From Naegleria gruberi (Eukaryota), in NCBI GenBank assembly GCA_000004985.1, contig GG738879.1: a stretch of DNA of 64,000 bases, one strand, 5' to 3'. A program made the translations under genes and the position numbers. Within the stretch, counting starts at the first letter, position 1, and each line of letters begins with the position of its first letter. Positions 8,885-20,426 of this stretch are shown here, in pieces. The notes below the pieces were generated by a model, which ran no database searches, had not been told where the DNA came from, and saw nothing but the letters and a program-made list of their open reading frames with translations.

Positions 8885-11800
8885 ATGGTGGAACTGCGTG
8901 CATGTTATCCAATACTTGAAAAAAACAATAAGGTGATCAATCCTTTAAATCTACAGCAACCATTACGATTCTTCAAAAGGTTCATTATTGCTCTAAAATT
9001 TTGTTGTCAACAAATTGTTGAAAACATTTTCCACCCATACAACAATCATTTGGAAATGAGTAAGCATTACACTGTATTAAGGAAGGAGAGAACCAAGAGA
9101 GGCTCCTTCTTTGAGGGTACTCCTCCACATCTTTCTTCACTCTCTCCACAACAACAACAACAAAAGCAACAACCTCTTTCTCCTATATCAAAGACATCAA
9201 CCTTCAGTGGCTCCTTCTTAGATAAATCCCCAACATCACCCTCCTCTCTTAATAATTCCCTTGTTCAACAATCACCTAGATTCAATTCATCCTTCATAAA
9301 AGCATCTCCCACCACTCCTAAGTCTAATGCACTGCCAAGTTCGATTAACAAATTTCCACCTCCACCCTCATCACCAAATGCCAGGCAACCTCTAACAAAA
9401 CAAGAACTATTCATGAGGGAAACCAGTTTTAATTTGCAAACCTTGAAAAAACCTGGCTCTCCACAGTTTTTATCGTACTCTCCCGAGCAAGATGGTCTCA
9501 TCACAGCCGATGGAGAAGTTATGAAGCATCTTCCAGTTGATAAAGTGATTGATAAGAAACAAAGAAAGAAGATTATCAAGCAAATCTATCTTGGCTATGA
9601 ATTACCTGATAAGAAACCAAGTCTTCCTCGTTCTGATAGTAAAGTGATGAGCAAGACTGTGGCTAGTTCATTGAAAACGCTTCCAAAGGTTGTTAAAGAA
9701 TCTTACTATCAGAGACCACCAACAGATTCTCACAAACAATCAGCTAAAGATATTTTCAAAAGAAGATACTCTACCAAGTTAGGTATTCCAACACCATCTA
9801 CTCCTGGAAATCCAACAAAACCACAAGCAAGAATGAGAACTTTTTCTCTGAATACCCAAGCAACTCCTCTTAATACAACAGCCCTCAGGCCAATGCAAAG
9901 AGAAGCAATTTATGAACCAAGAAAAGCATTTGGTTCACCAGTTTGTTCTGGCACAGAAGATAATTCAGATCCAGATTCAGATCCTGACTCAGATCCAGAT
10001 TCTGATGATTCTGAATCTGAGCCTATAGAAAACATTCAAGATGATAATATTAGTTGTAATAATTATATCGAGTCTGTGCAAACTTCAGAGACAAGCTCTC
10101 TTATATCGTCTCCATTTCATGAACAGTTGGATGATTATTCGCCTATGGTGGCCCAGAGTACTGTATTTGTAAAATTAGAAAAGGATTCTTCAACTTCTTC
10201 CCTTACTAATAGCATGAGTTTGAAAGATTTTGGAAGTTTTTCATTATCTGTATCTGAAATGGTGAAAGAAGAGCAACAAACTAGTGGTTTACTTATGTAC
10301 CCAGAAACTCTTGTTGAACAAAATACACCTACAAAAGAGCTAATCATTGAAGAAAAAGCTATTGAAGAAGATGAATTTCTTAATCGTACTGATCTTGTCG
10401 TGTCTAGAATGGAAACACAAACACCATTAGATGAATCTCATCAAGTAGATGATTTGGAGCCTGAAGAAGAGGAGGAACCAATTCAAGAAGCACCAATGAA
10501 AGTAGAAAAGGAAGAATCATCAATATCTGAATCTTCCCAAGAAGATTTTTCTGCATCAGATGGTTTGGAAGTGGAAAGAATTGATACACCTGTTTTTGAG
10601 CGGAAAGAAGAAATTGTTCAAGAAACAGTACCATTGAATAAGGAGGAACCAGTCGTTCAAGAACCCATCGTTAAGGAAGAACCCTTTCTGGAGGAATTTG
10701 ACGAACACATAGCAGAGGAACAAAAACCAATTGAAGAAACCGAAACAAAGGGGCCAGTTATTCTGACCGAAACAGAAGAGTACAAAGCTCGAGAGGAGAA
10801 AACAAAGCCAATGGAAGAGGACAAGAAAGAAGAAAAGAAGGGAAATGCTTTAGTAAGATTATTGAAAAGTGGAGGTAAAAAACTTGAAAGAACTCTTTCC
10901 TCCAAGTTCAGATCAAAGAGCGTCATGCTCAATGAAAGACCATCTTCATCTCCTTCAAGAAGAGATTCTTTTTCTAGTGTGTACATTGCTCCAGATTTGA
11001 CTCAAGAACAGCAAGTATTGCCAGGATGCACCTGAAAGTTTAGCAATTGAAGTTGCAGTAGAAAATCCTCCTGAATTAGTTGCAATTACAGAACCCGAAG
11101 TTCAACAAGCTCCTCCAATATATGAAGAAAGTCCAAAGAATCCAGAACAAGAAGTTACCTTGGAAGATCTTTTATCACACTATGAAGAATCATATGTTGA
11201 TGATCAAAATGATTTCTTACAAATGGTAGAAGGTGAATCGCCAACATTTAATGGTTTGGATGAAAGCCCAAAGAGACAATTTGAAAATGTAAAACGATTT
11301 GAAGCAATACCTTCAAATATTCTAAATAGACCAACTACAGCCTCTCAAAGAAGAGGATCTCGAAATACGTTTTTCAGAGCTAAAACAGTTACAAAAATTC
11401 ACTCTAAGGATAAAAAAGCAAATATTGACGAATTCTTGAAGGATGAAATGTCTGAATCACCTCCTTTGGAGGATTATATGTCTAGCTCTCGTTCAAGTCA
11501 AAGTGGAGAGTCAGATGAGGGTAAGTCAGAAGAAACGGGTTTGAAAGAAGAAGCAGTGCAAGTGCATAGAGAGGTTTCATTTACTGATAACAAGTTGACC
11601 AGACCAACAAGTGCCCATACCAAACAAAAATCTGCAGATAAATTGACAAGACCAGCAACTGCTCATCATTTGAAATCAAAGGAATCGAAGAAGAAACCTC
11701 AATTCCCTCAAAAAGATTTCGAAGACGAGGAAGTTCAAATTAGAGAAGATAAAGAAAGTAGTGATGATGAACCACAGAAATCAGTGAAGAGAGTTGCTTT

Positions 11801-14116
11801 TGCATCTAAAACCAATGTTGAACGATTTAATGAAACTCAACCTGAAGAATTGGAAAGACCATCAAGTGCAAGAATGAAAAAGGATAACTCACAAACCACA
11901 AGACCAACAACGGCCTCACGTATTAACTTTAAAGAAAACAGATGCGATGTGGGGCCTTCTGACATGGAAATCTATGAATACGACCCAAATGACGGAGTAG
12001 ATAGACATTTGGAATTATTGAGAACAATTGAAGAACAAGAGAAAGAAGACAGATTCACTGAAGATTTTGAATGGACAAGACCAATCACTCCAAAGGTTGA
12101 GTACTATGATGACTATGATTTCATTTCAAGACCTGGAAGTGCCAGAACTATCTTCTCAGAACCACTTGAAAACGATGCAAATTCTGATACAAGTAGTTCT
12201 CACTCTTCTGAAAAAAATTCAATTCTGTTTGAAAAGTTACATACACTTTCTAGACCTTCCTCCTCTCCTTCTTTTAGAAAGCCAAGATCTGATTCATTAA
12301 CAAGCTCATCTCAATCACTATTAATTAGAAAGGCCTATCTTCCGTATCAACCAGAATCTCCTCACTCAGAAGAAGAGATTGAAGAAGTAGAGGAAGAAGA
12401 AATGGAAGTGGGAAATTTATCAAGACGTTCCTCAATATCGTCCACAATTCTTCTAGTCCACATACAGTTGTAAATTCACCAACAGGAACTTCACCAACAT
12501 TTATTTCTTTAATGAAGAAGAGAGCTGATTCTTCTACTTCATTTGGTCAGAACCCCTCATCTCCATCATCTAAAAACAGCTCTCGAAGAAATAGTAAGAT
12601 TAACCCTTTCATTGTAGAAACAGAATCAGATACCACAAGTGAAGCATCTAACCTTAATAATACTTCCTCAGCTGTTGATCTTCAAAATATCTCAACAAAA
12701 TTCATTGATTTGAATAATGGCGGTGGATCTCTAAACTCGAGAAGAAATTCTGAGAAGCTTGACTTCACGAGCACATCAAGTTCTCCTAGAAGATTGATAG
12801 ACACTCCAACTTATCCGGGTTATATTCCAAAATTCCTTCCTCGTCCATATTCTCTTCCTTTATTATCCAAAGTTAGACATGGTGTTGTCAGATTGAGTGT
12901 GTTTATGGAAATGCACTTGGCTAATGATTTCCAAGTTTTGAAGAAAAACTCAAGCGTAAATAATGTACCATACATGGAAGAAGGATTTGATAAGAATGAA
13001 TTGAATTCCATTATTAATGATGAAAATCCATACATGTTTATTAGAAGAACTAGGTTTAGTACTGGATTTTTGATTTGTCCACTTTCAACCAGACCAGGAA
13101 CTAAGAATTACTTGCTGACCTCAGCCAGAAATGTTCAATCTTATTTGACAACCAAAGTAGCTCCTGACAATACTTCTATTTATATTGAAAAGAAGGTTGT
13201 GAAGATTTCAGCCAACTTCCTTGATAATATCGAAGTTGGAGAAAAGGAACGACATCCAAATACTTTTGCTTCGGTTGCTGAGGTTGAATGTCAAATAGAA
13301 TATTGTGGATCGTTTTACAGTACGCTTAATGTCAACCAAGATTGGGCAATTCTTTCATTTACATTCAATGAAGATATCAAGTACATTGATAGGGAGAATT
13401 ATAAATTCTTAAAATCCGGAGTTATCACAATCCCTTCTCCATCTCAATTGTTCTTATTGGTAAAGCACTTGGTAACAAAGACAGCTGAAAATAAGAGAGC
13501 AAACTCTGATAATGTTGTTGGAGATTACATGATGTGTGTTAATGGATTGTATAGTGACAGAGAAGAATTATCCAATATTACTAAGGTAACCAATATTGAT
13601 GACTATTCTATCAAAATTGTAAGAGATTCGATGGATCCTATGGCTTGCTCATTGGCTTTCCTTGTTAAGGGTTCAAGCTTTTCTCGTTTCGAGTATGCCA
13701 ACTATTCAACTCCTTCATTTACTGGTGCTCCAATAACGGCTTGTGCCATTTCTATGGAGGGTTTGGAAGAAGTTCTCAAGGAATCTGATAGAAGGCATGG
13801 TAAGAAAAAAAATACCTTAAGAGGAAAGATTGAAAATCAAAATATTGCAAATTTTGCCAAGACCAACTCGTGTGTTTTTACAAGATACGTTATTGGTATT
13901 CACAGTACAGTTAGTGCAAATTCAAAATTCCATGGAGTTGGTTGTTCTGTCATGAACTGGTTTGAAACGTTCTTCAATTTAGTTTACAAACCTAACAGAA
14001 GAAGATTCTCACAAACTGAAAAGGAATTAATTGAGTTAGAATACGAGTCTTACATTTCTTTGAGCAATAGTAGAGTTCCAAATATTCCTGGGGCAGGATC
14101 TTGCAAAGTTATGTAA
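8885..14116 (+). CDS. One large low-complexity protein gene (S/P/T/E/Q-rich, about 1,700 aa) spanning track ORFs 8885..11035, 11160..12473 and 12512..14116. It is interrupted by two apparent frameshifts (overlap zones 11001..11035 and 12383..12473). The C-terminal roughly 500 aa form a structured domain of unknown type.
   Basis: The frame of the second ORF is open back to 11001 and the frame of the third back to 12383. Both overlap the end of the preceding ORF. The overlapping stretches read as continuous low-complexity protein (...QQVLP|QDAPESLAIEVAVENPPEL... and ...SRRSSISS|NSSSPHTVVNSPTGTSPTF...). No frame-compatible GT..AG intron exists at either junction. The ATG context at 8885 is poor, so the true start is uncertain. 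Confidence 0.45.
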
Positions 14117-14192
14117 ATAAATTTTGCTTTGGTGACTTGATTTTTAGAATTAAATATTATCGTAGTACATATAGTTATTCTGATAGAGCAAT

Positions 14193-17100
14193 TTATTCCA
14201 AAGTACATCCAACCAAAAATTGTCTATAGTGGCTGTCTGATAAGATTCTGTGAATTTCATTGATTTCCTGGTTTTCAAAGAACGGTCTCAATTTTTCAAT
14301 ATCAAAATAACCAAGCGTATTAATTGCCAAAACTAATTTAGCAATAATAATGAAAACTGTAGGTTGGAAAGAAAAGTTACCAACCCAGAAAAGTCCTATT
14401 TGTTGCTTTCTTCTTTCTGACAAAATTTTGAGGACAAACAGTAATTGACCCTCTAATTTTTGTAATACTTGTTGCCTAAATTCTGAAGAAATGTCCAGTT
14501 TGTTCAAGTAATATGATCCAAGTTGTGAAATGGCTAATTCTTCTGTGAATACATTGTCCTCTTCCTTTTCGAACAACATAACTTCTTCATCTGTTGTTTT
14601 GAATGGCAAAACAACCTCAACAGAGTTGTTTTCTTCATTAATAGCCTCCTCTAGTTGAATACAAGATACCAAGTAATTGTGACATTCTGTTAATTTTCCA
14701 TAATGGTGACTAATAAAGGCAAAACTTCGCTCCAAAACATATTCTCTTTGGAGTTCTGCACACTTGGCTTGCTTTGAAGTTGTGCCCTTATGTTCAAATC
14801 CAAATATCAAAGGAGAAACAATTAAAGCAGCTCTACTTCTAATAATATCATCTTCATCCTGCAATAAGGTAATCAAGGCAGTCCAAACAGAAAATTGGTT
14901 TCCAGCACTCTTTAAATCATTGGCAGATATGGTTAAAATTCCTGAAGAAACAATAGAGTCCAAACAAGCAGCTCTAACATGACTTTGTCTAGCTGGATCA
15001 GAAGCATGGCAAACAATCTTGAGCCATTTCTTTACAAGTGGATTTTCTGGTTGAGATTCTATAGTGCCTGAAATGAATATTCCCAACAGTGCAATAACAA
15101 GTTGATGGAGAACAGTATTGGTCTCATTTACATACAGATAAACCAATCTAGTAGGAACAGCATCAAATACATTATCCAGATAAGAGGACATAACAGAAAG
15201 ATCCTTGGTTAATTGACCAGCTGGTGCCTTATTGTACAAATTAACAAGGGATGCGAGTCCAAATCTGGCACACTCAACATCAGTTTCTCTGAACAAGGCA
15301 TGTTCCAAAATAAGAGGTCTCAAGTTTTCAATCTTGGCATGGGCGTTCACACCAGAAAGAGCTTGAACAACATGTTCCTCCTTGTACAAGTATTTGAAGG
15401 TTGCTCGTCTTACATCCATAGCAGAAAAGTTCAACAAGTTTACAACTAAATCTTCATCTACATCTTTTCTGAATAAGAGATACAATTCTACAATGAAAGT
15501 TGAATTGTTGAAAAACATTTCTTGTTTGGCTGGTTGCCCATTAGTAGACGTAGATTCCAAAAATACAGAATTTACAGAATTATTCCATAATGTTTCCAAA
15601 GTTTCTTGTGGTATATTCTTGCACATTTGAAGTAAATTGTTGATAATTTCATAGAATAATGATCTAGTGGCAAAGCATCTATTTTGTATAGTTCCAATGA
15701 AAGAGTTTGCTAACTTGTTCAAACAATCAAGGGCGAATTGTTCTGAATTTTCCATTGCCTTGAAGCTTGTCGTTACAAATCTGTTGAGTTGGAAAAGAAC
15801 ACCATGAAGCTCATTTTGATGGATAGTCTCTTCAACAGTCTTTGGAAGGGCATTAATAGTATCAAGAATATATTCCTTTACCATTGAAGACGGAATAAGA
15901 GGTTCCAAAGCTCTAGCACCTATGGATCTAGCCATGTGATGGATCATAGCAGAGCACTTTTTCACAAATGGAATAAACTGAGATACAGAATTAGCCTCTG
16001 TCTCTGTACTTTCATCCAGTGAAGGTCTCAAACGAGAAAGGAGTAATAGCATTGGGTAGAGACTTGGGTGAAGAATTCTCTTGTGTTCTCTATTTTCATC
16101 AGTTACAGTATTTAATTGTTCCAAAAGGAAGGTTCTCAATCTAGGATATCTACTGAAATATTCAGTACCTGTCTTGATAGAGTCGTTATCACCCAATGAT
16201 CTGTGCAATAATGCTGTATACATCATGAGAGAAGAGTTCTTGATGGCCCAAATAGTTGATCCAAATCCTTTAAGTGAAATAATGAGACCATCCTCAACGA
16301 ATTGTTGAACATACGGACCCAACTGTGCATCATGGAACAGGAAACGAAGTACATTCAAGGCATTCACAACTTGACTTGTCTTGTAATTGGATTGATTGAG
16401 AGCTACATTGAGTAAATATTGCATAGTTTCAGGGAGTAATTTTCTTGGAAGGAAAGTTGGCTCAGATTTCATAATAGAAGCAAATGTCCAGGGCAATCCA
16501 GCCGAACGTCTCATCATACTGAATGTATCATCCTTTCCAATACCATCAAGTAGGTATCTTGTCCATTTTTCAGGAATGTTAACAAGTTCAGGAATACCAC
16601 AAGACATTAATCTTTTACACAAAATATTAAATCCTACAGCACTCTTTTCAATAGCTCCGTTATGTTTTGTTGTGAGAAGAATGTTAAGCAACATTTTACC
16701 CAATTTTTCGATTTGATCAAAAGTAATAATACTATCTTTTGAAAGTTTGTCATTTGAATGAGAATCAGGATACAATTCTACATGGTGAACAATAACAGAA
16801 ATGAGCATTGAAGAACTCTTGACTGCCAGCCAGCTGTTAACAGTGAGAGAGTGAGTATCTCCAGAGACTTCTTCATCCTCTCCAAAGAAAATGTGACCAC
16901 GACAGTCAACATTGTTCATTGCAACAGAATTATCTTCATTTTCATCCAAAAGAGGTGCACCTGCAATAATCTTTACAGAGAGCAGGCATGCCTTTTCTAA
17001 AATACCCAAAAATTCGGTCATCCATTCTCTCCATTCACTAATAGTGGTTCTCTCCTTGGTAAAATCTACATCAGAAATAACATAGATTAAAGTTTGTAAA

Positions 17101-20100
17101 ATACCAACAAGAGCACTGTCCTTGGTTATGTTGAAAATGTTTTGAGCACAATTTTCTGTTTTTTCCTTGAGTAAAGCAACCAATTTCTTGCAAAAACTCA
17201 ATTGTGGAGATACACTGCAACTAGTAACTGGTTCCTTATCAAGAAAAACTTCCCATCCTAATTCACAGACATACTTTTTGAAAATAATTCTATAAAGCAA
17301 AGCACCAGCATCTGATTCTCTGAGTCTTGGACTTTTGATAAGATCAAAAGCATTGTTTGCAATAACCTTTACCTTCTCAGGAGTTTCGAATCCAGTTAGA
17401 GGAGCCATGAAAGATGCCAACAAATCATAAATAACAACTCTAACCTTGTCCCAACAACTTCCCAAAGTATTAAGTAGGGTCAACACAGAATTAGAAGAAG
17501 TTAAATGAATTCTCTTCCAAGAAACAACTCTATTTGTGTCTGATGGATTAAACACATCGATAGAATTATTTAAAGAGAACGTGTCGAGTAAGCTCTTGTA
17601 GCAGTCTAAAGCAACAAGTAGTCTTTCGTGTGGACAACCAGGATATAAAGAATTGATTACCTCTGTTGCATAATCATATAAAAATTCCATTAAAATTCTA
17701 TATGAGTGTCTGTCCTTGTTGAGCTCTTCTCTCTTCTTTTGAGGCATATTTCCTTCTGGGGTGGATACGTCCAAAAGGTGGTTCAAAGTTTGGTTCTTTT
17801 GGTGGGAGGCAAAGATACGAACACAGATTTCATTCACTCTCTTAATAAAACGTTCGATGGCATCACCAAAGCCAAATCTGAAAGAGCTCTTACAACCACG
17901 CAAGTTGAGTCTTGCAAACTTGATTATAATTGCTAATTCTTGCTCTGTTGGCAAGGCAAGTTTCTTAGTAGAAACAGTAATTAATTCAAAGGCATCCAAT
18001 CTAATATCATGATCATTATGAATAAGCCCCTCTTCTATCAATTCCAAATCATTCTTGAAATCCAACTCATATAACGACAGAGATTTAGCTGTCTTTAAAG
18101 TAAACATTAGAGAGTGAAGAAGTGCAGAACGTTCTGTAGATGATTCAGTTCTTTCAATACCTGCCTTGAAGCATTTTACGAGGAAAGCTGTTCCCTCATT
18201 ATTAACCTTTAAAATCTTTGACATGAGATGGATAAAGATAGCAGATCTTTGCTTCTTATCACACATAGCCAAAAAGTCGGAAACCGGCTTGAGGCACATA
18301 ATCTCCCATTCAGCAATCTTTTCCTTATTCTTCTTGCAGTCTTTGAGCAAATCTGAGAGCATCTTTTCAAAGAACAAGCTTGCATTTCCGTTAACACTAC
18401 CATTCAAGTGACCCAGAGATGATAAAATGTTGGTGAAAATTTCTGGACACAACGAATAAATTTTAGATGCTGTAATTCTTGGAAGTAATGCAATTAATGA
18501 AATGTACTTTCCTTTTCTTGTCCAATCAGAATCCAGAATAGAATTAGTCATGGAAACCAAATCAATTTGAGATTTAACTTTATCCAAAGTGAGGAAATCT
18601 CTTAAATCCAAAAGATCCATAAAAAGTTGTCTCATCTTGGCAAAAATGTCATAAACTTGATTTTCAATATTACTGAAAACTATCTGAATACCTCCTTTGA
18701 TAAGTTTGGAAACTCTATTTTCAAAATTAAATCTCTCTATATCTTCCATCTCTGATGACTTCCTAGCTTTTACATGGTCATGTAAAAATAATAAACTATC
18801 ACTATAACTCAAAATTGAAAATAATTTTAGGTCAGAATCCTTAGATTGCATGCAATAGTAGTGTAATAATGGGAATAAACCATCAAATAAAATGTTAATA
18901 TTGTGCCCATCATGAGAAATAGGTGCATCTAATCTTTGAACTGTGATTGCATTAATAACTCCTGAAAATACTGCCATCTTGCTTACGTTATCACTCAAAT
19001 CTATCACTGATTTTAACTGAGAAGCAATATTAGATCCAGTTACAATATCCTTTGAAACTTGTTGTACATTTACACTGGATTCTAATTTTTTGAAATCATC
19101 AGACAAATAAGTGAATTCTATCAACCCATTCTTGATGAAATCTTTCACAAAAACATCAAAAACAAGTCCTAAGAGAACATTCTTTTCCGAGAATGAATGA
19201 TCCACAATTCGCATTACTATCAATGCTCCAATTCTCTTACAATCCCTTGGTGATGTTGTTGTGGCAAGTGTATTCAAACTAGAACAAACGAGAGAAAGTA
19301 AAGCCTCTGCAAGTACATGATTTCTATGGTTTGATGACTCCTCCCCAAGTAATTTAATCATCTCGGAGCATGTTCTTCTTTCCGAGAGTGAATTCAATGA
19401 TAAAGAGCTTGCACTTGTCTTGATGTAGGAAAGAGCTTGCACAACTGTAGAGGAATATCTGGTAATATATGAAAGTGCAAGTTTCATAGCTCCAAAAACT
19501 ACAGAAAACAACCAATCAACTGTTAAAATGTTATGTGATGTACTCTCTATAATTTTAGCAATCTTATAGAGAATAATAAAAGCAAAATCTACATTGATAC
19601 TATCAAAGTAAATGGATTCAATTTCTAGAATGTGTTCTAATTGACGACACTGATAGGCAATACTAACAAAATATTCATCTTCTGTAACGGAAACTTGTTC
19701 ATGTTCAAATTCTAAAATACCTCCACAAAATGCTATCATCTCTGTTCTATATACATGTTGAACAATTCTATTAATTTCCACATTCAATTCAATAAAGAGT
19801 TGTAAATTGTGTTCACCACCAACAAGAGTTGATAATTTATCATCTACTGATGATGATGAAACAATACGGAGATGATTCTTTAATTGTTGCAAACCCCATT
19901 GGATATGTCTATGTAAATGTTTAGCTTCATTGATGAAGAGAAGAGAAAGAATACATTTGATGAATAATTTAAATGTTTCTGATTGGTCGTAAATTAATTG
20001 TTTGTAGGTTTGCAATAATTCTGTGGAGAGTTGTGTTGGGAGAACACTTGCATTATTGGCTTGTTCTTGTTTAAATGATGAAGGTTGATCCACAATGATG

Positions 20101-20327
20101 AAACACCACCTCAAAATTTCACGAAATATATTCACTAGAAGGTCTTTGTTATTGGTTGTTGTAGTTGTTGATTCATTACTAACTTGAACCAATTTTTCAA
20201 GGAAGGCTACTATTGGTGTCTTGATGATGTGATTTTCCACAGAGACACTTTTCAATAGGCTCTTCACTTGTTCCACATATTTTGATGTTAGTAATTGTTG
20301 TTGTTGATTCGTTGATGATGGTTTCAT
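14193..20327 (-). CDS. THADA: THADA/Trm732 family protein (armadillo-like; partner of the tRNA 2'-O-methyltransferase Trm7/FTSJ1). 2,044 aa, intronless.
   Basis: Very long uninterrupted ORF. It contains the RRSAGLP motif (..FSMMRRSAGLPWTFASIM..) that is diagnostic of the DUF2428 region of THADA/Trm732. Predicted helical-repeat composition throughout. Confidence 0.75.
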   Translation of the reverse strand: MKPSSTNQQQQLLTSKYVEQVKSLLKSVSVENHIIKTPIVAFLEKLVQVSNESTTTTTNNKDLLVNIFREILRWCFIIVDQPSSFKQEQANNASVLPTQLSTELLQTYKQLIYDQSETFKLFIKCILSLLFINEAKHLHRHIQWGLQQLKNHLRIVSSSSVDDKLSTLVGGEHNLQLFIELNVEINRIVQHVYRTEMIAFCGGILEFEHEQVSVTEDEYFVSIAYQCRQLEHILEIESIYFDSINVDFAFIILYKIAKIIESTSHNILTVDWLFSVVFGAMKLALSYITRYSSTVVQALSYIKTSASSLSLNSLSERRTCSEMIKLLGEESSNHRNHVLAEALLSLVCSSLNTLATTTSPRDCKRIGALIVMRIVDHSFSEKNVLLGLVFDVFVKDFIKNGLIEFTYLSDDFKKLESSVNVQQVSKDIVTGSNIASQLKSVIDLSDNVSKMAVFSGVINAITVQRLDAPISHDGHNINILFDGLFPLLHYYCMQSKDSDLKLFSILSYSDSLLFLHDHVKARKSSEMEDIERFNFENRVSKLIKGGIQIVFSNIENQVYDIFAKMRQLFMDLLDLRDFLTLDKVKSQIDLVSMTNSILDSDWTRKGKYISLIALLPRITASKIYSLCPEIFTNILSSLGHLNGSVNGNASLFFEKMLSDLLKDCKKNKEKIAEWEIMCLKPVSDFLAMCDKKQRSAIFIHLMSKILKVNNEGTAFLVKCFKAGIERTESSTERSALLHSLMFTLKTAKSLSLYELDFKNDLELIEEGLIHNDHDIRLDAFELITVSTKKLALPTEQELAIIIKFARLNLRGCKSSFRFGFGDAIERFIKRVNEICVRIFASHQKNQTLNHLLDVSTPEGNMPQKKREELNKDRHSYRILMEFLYDYATEVINSLYPGCPHERLLVALDCYKSLLDTFSLNNSIDVFNPSDTNRVVSWKRIHLTSSNSVLTLLNTLGSCWDKVRVVIYDLLASFMAPLTGFETPEKVKVIANNAFDLIKSPRLRESDAGALLYRIIFKKYVCELGWEVFLDKEPVTSCSVSPQLSFCKKLVALLKEKTENCAQNIFNITKDSALVGILQTLIYVISDVDFTKERTTISEWREWMTEFLGILEKACLLSVKIIAGAPLLDENEDNSVAMNNVDCRGHIFFGEDEEVSGDTHSLTVNSWLAVKSSSMLISVIVHHVELYPDSHSNDKLSKDSIITFDQIEKLGKMLLNILLTTKHNGAIEKSAVGFNILCKRLMSCGIPELVNIPEKWTRYLLDGIGKDDTFSMMRRSAGLPWTFASIMKSEPTFLPRKLLPETMQYLLNVALNQSNYKTSQVVNALNVLRFLFHDAQLGPYVQQFVEDGLIISLKGFGSTIWAIKNSSLMMYTALLHRSLGDNDSIKTGTEYFSRYPRLRTFLLEQLNTVTDENREHKRILHPSLYPMLLLLSRLRPSLDESTETEANSVSQFIPFVKKCSAMIHHMARSIGARALEPLIPSSMVKEYILDTINALPKTVEETIHQNELHGVLFQLNRFVTTSFKAMENSEQFALDCLNKLANSFIGTIQNRCFATRSLFYEIINNLLQMCKNIPQETLETLWNNSVNSVFLESTSTNGQPAKQEMFFNNSTFIVELYLLFRKDVDEDLVVNLLNFSAMDVRRATFKYLYKEEHVVQALSGVNAHAKIENLRPLILEHALFRETDVECARFGLASLVNLYNKAPAGQLTKDLSVMSSYLDNVFDAVPTRLVYLYVNETNTVLHQLVIALLGIFISGTIESQPENPLVKKWLKIVCHASDPARQSHVRAACLDSIVSSGILTISANDLKSAGNQFSVWTALITLLQDEDDIIRSRAALIVSPLIFGFEHKGTTSKQAKCAELQREYVLERSFAFISHHYGKLTECHNYLVSCIQLEEAINEENNSVEVVLPFKTTDEEVMLFEKEEDNVFTEELAISQLGSYYLNKLDISSEFRQQVLQKLEGQLLFVLKILSERRKQQIGLFWVGNFSFQPTVFIIIAKLVLAINTLGYFDIEKLRPFFENQEINEIHRILSDSHYRQFLVGCTLE

Positions 20328-20426
20328 ATTGTTTGTGTTTTAATAATGAAAACAAACTCCGTAAGATGGTGGAGAAAATTTTTTCACTTCAACTTTATTC
20401 ATAAACAATCGGGATGTTTTCCAAGG

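Noticed and set aside
14764-18411. Many 60-106-aa ORFs antisense to or overlapping the large genes (for example 14764..14982, 15213..15630, 16081..16716, 17706..18012, 18166..18411, and likewise inside the 20427..26171 gene).
   Set aside because: They lie entirely inside long, well-supported coding ORFs on the opposite strand or in other frames. They have no start context or homology. They are a by-product of AT-rich sequence and alternative-start ORF calling.
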